Source: an uncultured Candidatus Saccharibacteria bacterium (GTDB lineage Bacteria > Patescibacteriota > UBA1384 > XYA2-FULL-43-10 > 1-14-0-10-43-13). From it: a stretch of 32,000 bases of DNA. This document shows positions 1-7,094 of the stretch, in pieces; position 1 is the first letter of the stretch, and the number at the start of each line of letters is the position of its first letter. Location: NCBI GenBank assembly GCA_964543385.1, contig CAZIYE010000001.1, positions 510,001-542,000 of the forward strand, written 5' to 3'. The notes under the pieces were generated by a model. It saw nothing but the letters and a program-made list of their open reading frames with translations. It did not search any database and was not told where the DNA came from. The translations under genes and the position numbers were made by a program.

Positions 1-1818
1 TTTTTTGATTGCTCCAGGTATCATCCCTATCCATTTTCCGACTATTTCGGCACCCTGAAATAGTCCATACAATGCTTTTCCTATCAACCCCTTGAAGCCT
101 GGCTTTGCCATCAGATCAACAATTTTAACTCCGAGTGCTGTCCATAAAAGTTTCAATTTGTTTCCAGCTCCCGCAAAAAAGGTAATTTTACTTAGCAATC
201 TTCCTATTGGACCAAGTGCTAATTTGCCAATCCAGCCGACTCCTTGCAATAATTTTCCTGCGGGTATTAATGAAATAGCCATCCATATCGATGCCTTTAC
301 GATGTTTCCCGCATTCTTACTCTTTATTGCGTTATAAAGATCAATGCCAGAGATTACAATACCTGCCACATACAAGACCGCAACTGCTGCGGCCAATGGG
401 GCGATGGCTTGTGCCCTTTGCGGTCTTAGCCCACCTATTACTGCCCCTTCTTCATTTATTCTTAGCTCGTCCATGCTATTAATTTTATCTTCAGGATCTT
501 TGGATAGTTCATTTGCTACTTCATTTCCCATTTCGGGCCAAAAAGGAAGCTCCTGTAACTCCTCTTTGGTTTGTGGGTCATATGATGCAAGTTTCACTTG
601 GTATTTATCTATTGCTTTAAGAGCTGACATCATCTCTGGTGCCATCAGTATCTCTTCTGAATATTTTGGCATCTCAAACCCTCTTTGATTGTCAATTTGT
701 TCATCCATGTAGCTTATCAAGTCTGTCATCATGGTGAGATTAAAAAAAGCTTTTGCCGCTTCTTCTTTATTTTCGATCTTCTGACTATCAAGGTATCGTT
801 TATATGCGACAACGCTATCAGAAAGTTCGGTAGCATCAGCATCATTAAACTTATTTGGGTATGAAATCTTATTGCTTTGATCAAGAGTAAAATTACCGTT
901 GGCGGCTGCCTTGGCTAAATGATCCTGAATTTGTTTCCTAGTTTTACAATCATTTTTGCTGTTGCATTCAAGTTTCTTTAGCCAAAAGTCATTAAGACTA
1001 CCATTCTCATTGAGATAATTGTTCCAGAAACCATCCTTTTCAATCCCGTTCCATGTCTTCTCAACCACCTCAATTTCTCTGGTTATTGGCTCTTTGTACA
1101 AAACGAACTTATCATCTTTCTTTTGATAAACCTCTACAATCACTTTGTGTTTGCTTCCAGATTTATCTGCCACAGATTGAGCCAGAAAAGTGTCCCATGT
1201 ATAAATAAAGTTAAGTTGTTTCTTATCCTTATAATTGATAAATGAGTCCTTAAAACTAGTTCGTCCGTTAGATTCTTGTATTGAAATATTAATTTTATCT
1301 ATTGTTTCTTCCGAGCTATCTTTAATCCAGAAAGATACAGATATTGGCGTGGTTGCTCCAAGAGCTACTTTGTCAGCGGTTTGGAGCAAAATTGCAACAT
1401 CCGGCATCTCTGAATCGTCGGGCACATTCGGAACTACCACTTCAGCGTTACCTATATCGCTGTTCTCCGATGAATCATCTGTGGTTGTGGGGGAATCTGA
1501 TGAATCTGTTTCAGTGTTGTCAGTTTCATCGGCGTCCTCATTTACACTATCTTCCGTATCTAGTAGATCTTCTTCGGGAGTTAGCATTAGTTCTTCTTCT
1601 GCATTGGCTTTATTGATGAGATTTGATAGAGAAGCCTTTTTACTGCTGTTTTTAAAATTTTCAACCCCATCTGCCAAATATTTTAGGCGGTTGTTGACTC
1701 TCGCAATTTCCGCATTGAGATTATTTTGCTCTATTTCCTTGACCTGAATCAAGGGTTGAAACAGCAAAAAAACTAAGCTAAAAATTAAAGCCCAAGATAT
1801 TATGCTTCTGAGTTTCAT
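1..1818 (-). CDS. Large membrane-anchored surface protein, 3' end cut by window edge (at least 606 aa): N-terminal signal-anchor, coiled-coil, acidic D/E/S/T linker, beta-rich middle, Gly/Ala/Lys-rich hydrophobic tail
   Basis: Not in the supplied track because it runs off the window. I read the minus frame codon by codon from ATG (1818-1816) to base 1 and found 606 sense codons with no stop. It begins MKLRSIISWALIFSLVFLLFQPLIQVKEIEQNN. A purine-rich GAGAGGG lies just upstream. The five + strand ORFs listed at 92-1747 are antisense shadows of this gene. Confidence 0.8.
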   Translation of the reverse strand, partial: MKLRSIISWALIFSLVFLLFQPLIQVKEIEQNNLNAEIARVNNRLKYLADGVENFKNSSKKASLSNLINKANAEEELMLTPEEDLLDTEDSVNEDADETDNTETDSSDSPTTTDDSSENSDIGNAEVVVPNVPDDSEMPDVAILLQTADKVALGATTPISVSFWIKDSSEETIDKINISIQESNGRTSFKDSFINYKDKKQLNFIYTWDTFLAQSVADKSGSKHKVIVEVYQKKDDKFVLYKEPITREIEVVEKTWNGIEKDGFWNNYLNENGSLNDFWLKKLECNSKNDCKTRKQIQDHLAKAAANGNFTLDQSNKISYPNKFNDADATELSDSVVAYKRYLDSQKIENKEEAAKAFFNLTMMTDLISYMDEQIDNQRGFEMPKYSEEILMAPEMMSALKAIDKYQVKLASYDPQTKEELQELPFWPEMGNEVANELSKDPEDKINSMDELRINEEGAVIGGLRPQRAQAIAPLAAAVAVLYVAGIVISGIDLYNAIKSKNAGNIVKASIWMAISLIPAGKLLQGVGWIGKLALGPIGRLLSKITFFAGAGNKLKLLWTALGVKIVDLMAKPGFKGLIGKALYGLFQGAEIVGKWIGMIPGAIKK

Positions 1819-1941
1819 TTCCCTCTCTTTGTTATAGTTGGCCCCACCAATTACTGTCTATATAAATTATAAACGATTGAGGGGTAAAAAGTAAATGAAA
1901 ATTAAATAACAATCTTCAAAATAAAATGACTTAATCTATAC

Positions 1942-2586
1942 TCATTTTATTTTCTTCAATTCTTCTAAATAATCTTTTGTCGGCTGATATTCAGGGTCGA
2001 GACTTTTGGCTTTTGACAATGCTTTTTCAGCTTTTTCTTTGTACAATTTTCTTGAACTATCAGTTAGCTCAAGCATCTTGATTGCCTTTAGGTTTGCAAT
2101 CCCTAAATAGAGCCAAGCGTCCCTATATTTGCCATCTATATTTGTGGCTTTTTCTGCAGCAATGACGGCATATTGGAATTCGCCGTCCTCGATCAGTTCT
2201 TTAGATAACTTTACCGCAGCCGTTTCGTCTTCCTGATCAGCTTTTACTTTTCTAATCGTCTTTATTTGAGCATCAAGCTTTTGCTCCTCATAAAATTTAT
2301 CTAACTTCAATATGTTGGCAGAGCTCTCTTCTGCTAATTTTATTCTATCTTGAGCTTGTTTTGCTTTCCAAAAAAGGAATAATGATTTGTTGTATTCTAA
2401 AATAGCACTTTCGAATTTTTTTTGTTCTAAATAGTTGTCACCTTTTTCAAAATAATTTTGCGACCATGATTTGCGCAGTGGCTTAGTAATTAGTCCTAGC
2501 GACAAGAGTCCGATAATACAAATAATCAGCCATTTTAAAAAATAGAATGAGAAATCATAAGTTTTCTTATCTTTAGTGTTAGCCAT
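1942..2586 (-). CDS. Membrane-anchored TPR-like repeat protein
   Basis: The listed ORF starts at a TTG (2589). The next codon is ATG (2586-2584), which shares one base with the uppP stop (TGATG). One N-terminal TM helix (FYFLKWLIICIIGLLSLGLI) is followed by helical repeats with TPR-like patterns (AILEYNKSL, YRDAWLYLGIANLKA, AEKALSKAKSLDPEY). Confidence 0.7.
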   Translation of the reverse strand: MANTKDKKTYDFSFYFLKWLIICIIGLLSLGLITKPLRKSWSQNYFEKGDNYLEQKKFESAILEYNKSLFLFWKAKQAQDRIKLAEESSANILKLDKFYEEQKLDAQIKTIRKVKADQEDETAAVKLSKELIEDGEFQYAVIAAEKATNIDGKYRDAWLYLGIANLKAIKMLELTDSSRKLYKEKAEKALSKAKSLDPEYQPTKDYLEELKKIK

Positions 2587-3365
2587 CAAATAAAGAACAC
2601 CATTAATACTATTGCTGCCAAGAGTATTCTATACCAGAGAAAAATCACAAAATTACTTTTTCTAAGGTAATTTAACAAGAATTTAATAGCAAAGAATCCA
2701 GCGAGTGCTGAGAAGCCTACGCCAAGGAAAAATGGTAGATTGAGATCTGATACTTCGAGTTTGCGTGCTTGTATCAGAAAAGCTCCCACCATTGCTGGTG
2801 TACCAAGAAGGAAGGAAAATCTAGCGGCATCATCACGTTTTAAACCTAATCCACGTGAGGCGATCATGGTGATCCCAGAGCGAGAAACCCCAGGAACTAG
2901 AGCTAAACATTGGGAAATTCCAACAATGAATGATTGTGTAAATGTGATTTTGCCGATCATCTGAGTCGATTTCGCGACTTTGTCAGTTGCCCACAGGAGG
3001 ATACCAAATATTATCAAGTTTATAGCCAAGAGTAGCGGCGAGTGGAAGTATTTCTCAACATAATTTTCTAATATTAGTCCGGCAATGGCAGATGGGATGC
3101 TGGCTAATATAATTTGCCAAAGAAAGTTCCTTGGCAAATCCGCTGATTGACTCTTTTTTATCCCAAAAATATTGAGCCAGTCCTTGTGAAAATAACACAT
3201 AATAGCGATGACAGTGCCTAAATGCAAAGCTGTATCAAAGACCAGCCCATTATACTGCCAATTGAATAGATAGGGGAGCAGAACAAGGTGGGCTGATGAT
3301 GAGATGGGCAGAAACTCTGAAATTCCCTGAGTAATACCCAAAGTTATTGATTGAAGTAATTCCAT
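2586..3365 (-). CDS. uppP: Undecaprenyl-diphosphate phosphatase (BacA/UppP)
   Basis: 259-aa polytopic protein with UppP signatures GITQGISEFLPISSSAHL near the N-terminus and PGVSRSGITM in the second half. Confidence 0.95.
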   Translation of the reverse strand: MELLQSITLGITQGISEFLPISSSAHLVLLPYLFNWQYNGLVFDTALHLGTVIAIMCYFHKDWLNIFGIKKSQSADLPRNFLWQIILASIPSAIAGLILENYVEKYFHSPLLLAINLIIFGILLWATDKVAKSTQMIGKITFTQSFIVGISQCLALVPGVSRSGITMIASRGLGLKRDDAARFSFLLGTPAMVGAFLIQARKLEVSDLNLPFFLGVGFSALAGFFAIKFLLNYLRKSNFVIFLWYRILLAAIVLMVFFI

Positions 3366-3443
3366 AAAAATATTCTACCTTCTGTCATTGTTTGAGGCAA
3401 GTTAGCTCTTTATTTTTATTGTTCTCTCTTCTAGAATAAACTT

Positions 3444-3998
3444 ATGGACACAATCTTCGACAAAATTAGGCTTTATGATTATCGCATCTATAAATTTTTT
3501 CATGGTGCAATTTACGGCCATCTTTGGATAGGCGATTTTTATTTGTTCTTTGCTAAATATGGAATTGTACTCTTCTTTCTGGCTTATATTTATTTAATTT
3601 TAAAACGTAAAATAGAAGCCTTTATTTGTACCTTTGTCGCTATGGCGATTGCCCTATCAATTGATCTTATCATTGTGCTCGCATGGAAAAGACCGAGACC
3701 GTTTATTAGTCATAGTGATGAGATAATGACACCAATAACGGAGGGCCTTCGTGTTACTAGCATATCTTTTCCTTCCGTCCATACTTATATTGCTTTTGCT
3801 ATTGCCACCAGTGTCTTTCTATATGGCCATAAGAGGTTGGGGACACTTTTATTCTTTTTGGCACTGGCTATAGCGATCAGCCGTGTTGGAGCAGGTCTGC
3901 ATTACCCGTCTGATATTATTGGTGGAGCATTGCTTGGGATAGCTTCTGGAATCTTTGCTTATATTATTGTAAGCAGTTCAGAAAAAAGATGGGAATAA
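3444..3998 (+). CDS. PAP2-family membrane phosphatase (PgpB/BcrC-like, candidate second C55-PP phosphatase)
   Basis: 184 aa, multi-TM, with the tripartite acid phosphatase motif KRPRP, PSVH and SRVGAGLHYPSD. Divergent from uppP across a 78-bp spacer. Confidence 0.9.
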   Translation: MDTIFDKIRLYDYRIYKFFHGAIYGHLWIGDFYLFFAKYGIVLFFLAYIYLILKRKIEAFICTFVAMAIALSIDLIIVLAWKRPRPFISHSDEIMTPITEGLRVTSISFPSVHTYIAFAIATSVFLYGHKRLGTLLFFLALAIAISRVGAGLHYPSDIIGGALLGIASGIFAYIIVSSSEKRWE

Positions 3999-4002
3999 GT
4001 TT

Positions 4003-4037
4003 AGTGTAGAGTCAAGAGTACATAGTTAAGAGTATAA
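4003..4037. repeat. Heptamer array, AGTNNAG type, 5 in-phase units
   Basis: agtgtag agtcaag agtacat agttaag agtataa. AGT recurs at exact 7-nt spacing five times. The array starts 5 nt after the PAP2 stop and ends 18 nt before the four-helix-bundle ATG. Confidence 0.8.
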
Positions 4038-4055
4038 AATGCAGAGAGAGTAGCA

Positions 4056-4436
4056 ATGAATAAATATAAGAATCTAAATGCTTGGAAAGCGGCCAAAAAT
4101 TTGGCAATCCTTGTTTATCAGATTACTGATAGCCATCCAAAAAAAGAAATATATACGCTAACAAGTCAAACAACTAGGGCCGCTGTTTCAATTCCTGCAA
4201 ACATTGCCGAGGGAGATTCCAGAAAATCTGGTAAAGATTTTTGCCACTTTCTAGATATTGCTATTGGTTCACTTTTTGAACTAGAGACTTTGCTTGAAAT
4301 TGCTTTTAGCAGAAATTATTTTGATATGGTACAAAAAGACCACTTGGATGTTGAATTAGAAAACACGGTAAAACTAATTTATGGTCTAAAGCGTAGTATC
4401 AACTCTAAACTCTTAGCCCTAAACTCTCAACTATGA
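4056..4436 (+). CDS. Four-helix-bundle protein (23S rRNA intervening-sequence protein family; Avd-like fold)
   Basis: 126 aa with the family pattern YKNLNAWKAAKNLAILVYQIT, EIYTLTSQTTRAAVSIPANIAEG, SGKDFCHFLDIAIGSLFELETLLEIA. The stop overlaps the xerC start (ATGA). Confidence 0.9.
   Translation: MNKYKNLNAWKAAKNLAILVYQITDSHPKKEIYTLTSQTTRAAVSIPANIAEGDSRKSGKDFCHFLDIAIGSLFELETLLEIAFSRNYFDMVQKDHLDVELENTVKLIYGLKRSINSKLLALNSQL
4398..4432. repeat. Heptamer array, CTNNACT type, 5 in-phase units (inverse orientation to 4003-4037)
   Basis: atcaact ctaaact cttagcc ctaaact ctcaact. It encodes the last residues INSKLLALNSQL of the four-helix-bundle protein and ends one base before the xerC ATG. Confidence 0.8.
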
Positions 4437-5410
4437 AGACTTTGTCTGAATTAAAACGTGAATTCTTGGAGCATTGTGAGCTTGAGAAGGGGCAATCTGC
4501 CTTAACGGTTGATAACTATTCAAGGTATATTGATCGATTCTTGGATTTTCTAGCTGGCGACGATAGGGCTAGTTTGCAATCTTCTGATATTACTCAAGAG
4601 ATCATCCACAAGTATCGCTTACACGTGAATCGCCTAAAGGATATGCAAGGGCAACCACTCAAGAAATCCACAGAAAACTATCACATGCTTGCTGTGCGCG
4701 CATTCTTGCGCTATTTAGCTTGGAGAGGGATTACTTCTCTTTCCCCCGAGAAAGTTCCTGTAGCTAAATCGGAGGATAGGGAAATTACTTTCCTAGAGGG
4801 ACAAGAGGTTAAAACTATTATTGATACTCCAAACACAGCAAAGATAAGTGGATTGAGAGACAGGGCGATATTAGAGTTCCTCTTTTCTACGGGACTTAGG
4901 GTATCTGAGCTTGCAAGATTGAATACCGATGATATTAATTCCCAAAGAGGCGAAATTTCTGTTTTAGGCAAAGGAAAAAAAATCCGTGTTGTATTTTTAT
5001 CTTCTGATGCCCTAAATACGGTAGATCAATATTTGAAAAACAGGGGATTTATCCGACCGGAAGCCGGTACATTTAAGAGAGACCAGCAAGAGCCACTTTT
5101 TTTATCTAAAAGGCAGGAACGTTTAACGGTCCGATCGATAGAAAGGATTGTCAAAAAATATGCAGAAAGAGCTGGCATAACAAAAAAAGTGTCTCCGCAT
5201 ACTCTGAGACACTCATTTGCAACAGATCTTTTGATGGCAGGGGCCGATATTCGTAGCGTTCAATCCATGCTTGGTCACTCGTCTATAACAACTACACAGG
5301 TTTACACTCATGTAACAGATCAACACTTACGAGAAGTGCATCAGAAGTTTCATGGGAAGAGTCTCGAGCAAGAGCAGACGACAGTCGACAGCCAACCGAC
5401 GATCGAGTGA
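4433..5410 (+). CDS. xerC: Tyrosine site-specific recombinase, XerC/XerD type
   Basis: 325 aa with an N-terminal core-binding domain and a C-terminal catalytic domain carrying LFSTGLRVSEL, HTLRHSFATDLL and LGHSSITTTQVYTHV (catalytic Tyr). It has a roughly 15-aa non-canonical C-terminal tail. Confidence 0.92.
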   Translation: MKTLSELKREFLEHCELEKGQSALTVDNYSRYIDRFLDFLAGDDRASLQSSDITQEIIHKYRLHVNRLKDMQGQPLKKSTENYHMLAVRAFLRYLAWRGITSLSPEKVPVAKSEDREITFLEGQEVKTIIDTPNTAKISGLRDRAILEFLFSTGLRVSELARLNTDDINSQRGEISVLGKGKKIRVVFLSSDALNTVDQYLKNRGFIRPEAGTFKRDQQEPLFLSKRQERLTVRSIERIVKKYAERAGITKKVSPHTLRHSFATDLLMAGADIRSVQSMLGHSSITTTQVYTHVTDQHLREVHQKFHGKSLEQEQTTVDSQPTIE

Positions 5411-5447
5411 CATCTGTTGTCTTTTGTCGGTAAGCCGTTGTCTGTTT

Positions 5448-5621
5448 TTATTTGCTGCTCTCCCACATCTCAAGAACTTCGGCTCTATTCAATTCGAGCT
5501 CATCAATTGCAAAACAATCCTGTATTTCTTGTTTTATTTCTTCAATTCGGTGTGTTGGGGAGTTTACACATACATCGATTTGATTATCCTCGATCTTTTT
5601 AACCTTGATTTTTGTTTTCAT
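5448..5621 (-). CDS. Small hypothetical protein (57 aa from the internal ATG)
   Basis: The listed 80-aa ORF has an internal ATG at 5621 preceded by AAGG. It reads MKTKIKVKKIEDNQIDVCVNSPTHRIEEIKQEIQDCFAIDELELNRAEVLEMWESSK. It lies on the same strand downstream of the Mur ligase. I recognise no family. Confidence 0.35.
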   Translation of the reverse strand: MKTKIKVKKIEDNQIDVCVNSPTHRIEEIKQEIQDCFAIDELELNRAEVLEMWESSK

Positions 5622-5758
5622 GGCCTTGTTTCTATTAATGGGGTATTCTGGAAATTGAATAAGTATATCAAAAATAACACAAATTGTCAAGAGGCTAATT
5701 TGCCAACTTTATGTCTTAATATCTAAGAGTTCTTATTTCTGCCACTTTATAATTATAT

Positions 5759-7087
5759 CTATTCGTGTCCAAAGCGTGCGTAGAGTTCATTACGGACTAC
5801 TTCTCTATCAGAAAATGGAGTAAAGGTTGAAGCACCCACAGCCATTACTTCCTCGGCGCCTTTACCGGTAACTACTATCACATCATTTTTTCTAGCTTCT
5901 TTTATCGCCTTATGTATGGCTTGTGAACGGTCAATCACTTTCCAATAATTTCTATTTAGGTGCCATTGATGCTTTTTCACAGCTCCCCTATGTATGCCTT
6001 CGGCGACTTGTTCCATAATTTCATCAGGGTCTTCGTCATAAGGATCTTCATTTGTAAAAACTACAAGATCGGCATAATGACCGACCAGCGCCCCCATAAT
6101 TGGGCGTTTTGTTTTATCTCGTCGTCCGGTAGCACCCAGAACAGCTATTAACCTTCCTCCGGTATTTTTCATCCCATCGCGTACGGTTTCATAAACATTC
6201 TTGAGAGAGTCTGGATTGTGAGCATAGTCAACAATGACGGTTATATCCTGTTTCTTCGAAACTTTTATCGTTTCCATTCTACCAGGCACCAGGATGACTT
6301 TCTCAATCCCGGACTTAATTTTTTCAGGACTTATTTCCAAAGCAAGACCTACACAATAAGTAGCTAAGGCATTCTGAACATTAAAAATTCCAGGAAGCTT
6401 TAAATTAACAATATTCTGTCCATCATCATGAGCAGCAGTAAAGGTAACACCATTTGGTGAGGTCAGAATCTTCCTGGCGACTGCCCCGTGGTCTATCATC
6501 TTTTTAACAGAATAAAGAAATTTTTCACTTCCGGGCAGGGAATGAAATTTATTCCAGTTCGCATCATCAGCATTGATCACAAACTTAGCTTGAGGGTTAT
6601 CTTTAAAGACCTTCATCTTTGCAGATAGATAGGCTTCCTTTGTTTTGTGATAATCTAGGTGGTCATGGGAGAGATTTGTGTAGACCAATGTGTCAAATTT
6701 GATACCATAAACCCTATTTTGATCAATAGCCTGGGAGGTAACTTCCATAATAGCGTACTTGCATCCTGCTTTGACTGCTTTTTTTAGAAATTTCTGAACC
6801 ACATCTGCAGGAGGAGTAGTAACCCAGCGAACCTTAGTCTTATGAGGTGTGACAGCGTCACCAATTTTTGTATTGATGGTTGTCTCCATGGCATTCTTGA
6901 GGCCAGCTTCATCTAATATTGAAGCGATCATATTGCAGACAGTGGTTTTACCTTTTGTCCCAGTCACCCCTATTACCTTAATTTTTTTAGCTGGATAACC
7001 GTTTCTAAAACAGGCTACCTTTGCTTCGAGCTTATGTAATTTATTCTTAGTTTGCTGATTGAGCATTTTTGATATTAGTTTTTTCAT
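5759..7087 (-). CDS. Mur ligase family protein, MurE-like central and C-terminal domains with a very short N-terminus
   Basis: 442 aa. The P-loop GVTGTKGKTT sits at residues 40-49. Other motifs are DYAHNPDS and VLGATGRRDKTKRP followed by VVFTNEDPYDEDPDEI. This is colinear with the MurE GCGGDRDKGKRP ... TDDNPRTEEP region as I recall it. Confidence 0.85.
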   Translation of the reverse strand: MKKLISKMLNQQTKNKLHKLEAKVACFRNGYPAKKIKVIGVTGTKGKTTVCNMIASILDEAGLKNAMETTINTKIGDAVTPHKTKVRWVTTPPADVVQKFLKKAVKAGCKYAIMEVTSQAIDQNRVYGIKFDTLVYTNLSHDHLDYHKTKEAYLSAKMKVFKDNPQAKFVINADDANWNKFHSLPGSEKFLYSVKKMIDHGAVARKILTSPNGVTFTAAHDDGQNIVNLKLPGIFNVQNALATYCVGLALEISPEKIKSGIEKVILVPGRMETIKVSKKQDITVIVDYAHNPDSLKNVYETVRDGMKNTGGRLIAVLGATGRRDKTKRPIMGALVGHYADLVVFTNEDPYDEDPDEIMEQVAEGIHRGAVKKHQWHLNRNYWKVIDRSQAIHKAIKEARKNDVIVVTGKGAEEVMAVGASTFTPFSDREVVRNELYARFGHE

Positions 7088-7094
7088 GTGGTTA

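Noticed and set aside
92-1747. Five + strand ORFs in the track (92-337, 291-482, 344-688, 1235-1747, 1344-1616)
   Set aside because: They overlap each other and have Ser/Leu-rich low-complexity translations. All lie antisense to a 606-codon uninterrupted minus-strand frame with a proper ATG, an RBS-like purine run and a signal-anchor, so they are shadow ORFs.
4056-4436. Avd-like gene as part of a diversity-generating retroelement
   Set aside because: There is no reverse transcriptase ORF anywhere in the window. I could find no pair of roughly 100-bp near-identical repeats differing at adenines.
5372-5406. Possible heptamer periodicity in the xerC C-terminal tail (gagcaga cgacagt cgacagc caaccga cgatcga)
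   Set aside because: Only two units are really alike (cgacagt cgacagc), and the unit differs from the CTNNACT family. It is too weak to call, though the non-canonical 15-aa tail is worth a glance in an alignment.
5352-5726. + strand ORFs 5352-5726 and 5417-5602
   Set aside because: They start inside or just after xerC without an RBS and have Cys/Phe/Leu-rich implausible translations. The opposite-strand small ORF is the better, though still weak, candidate.
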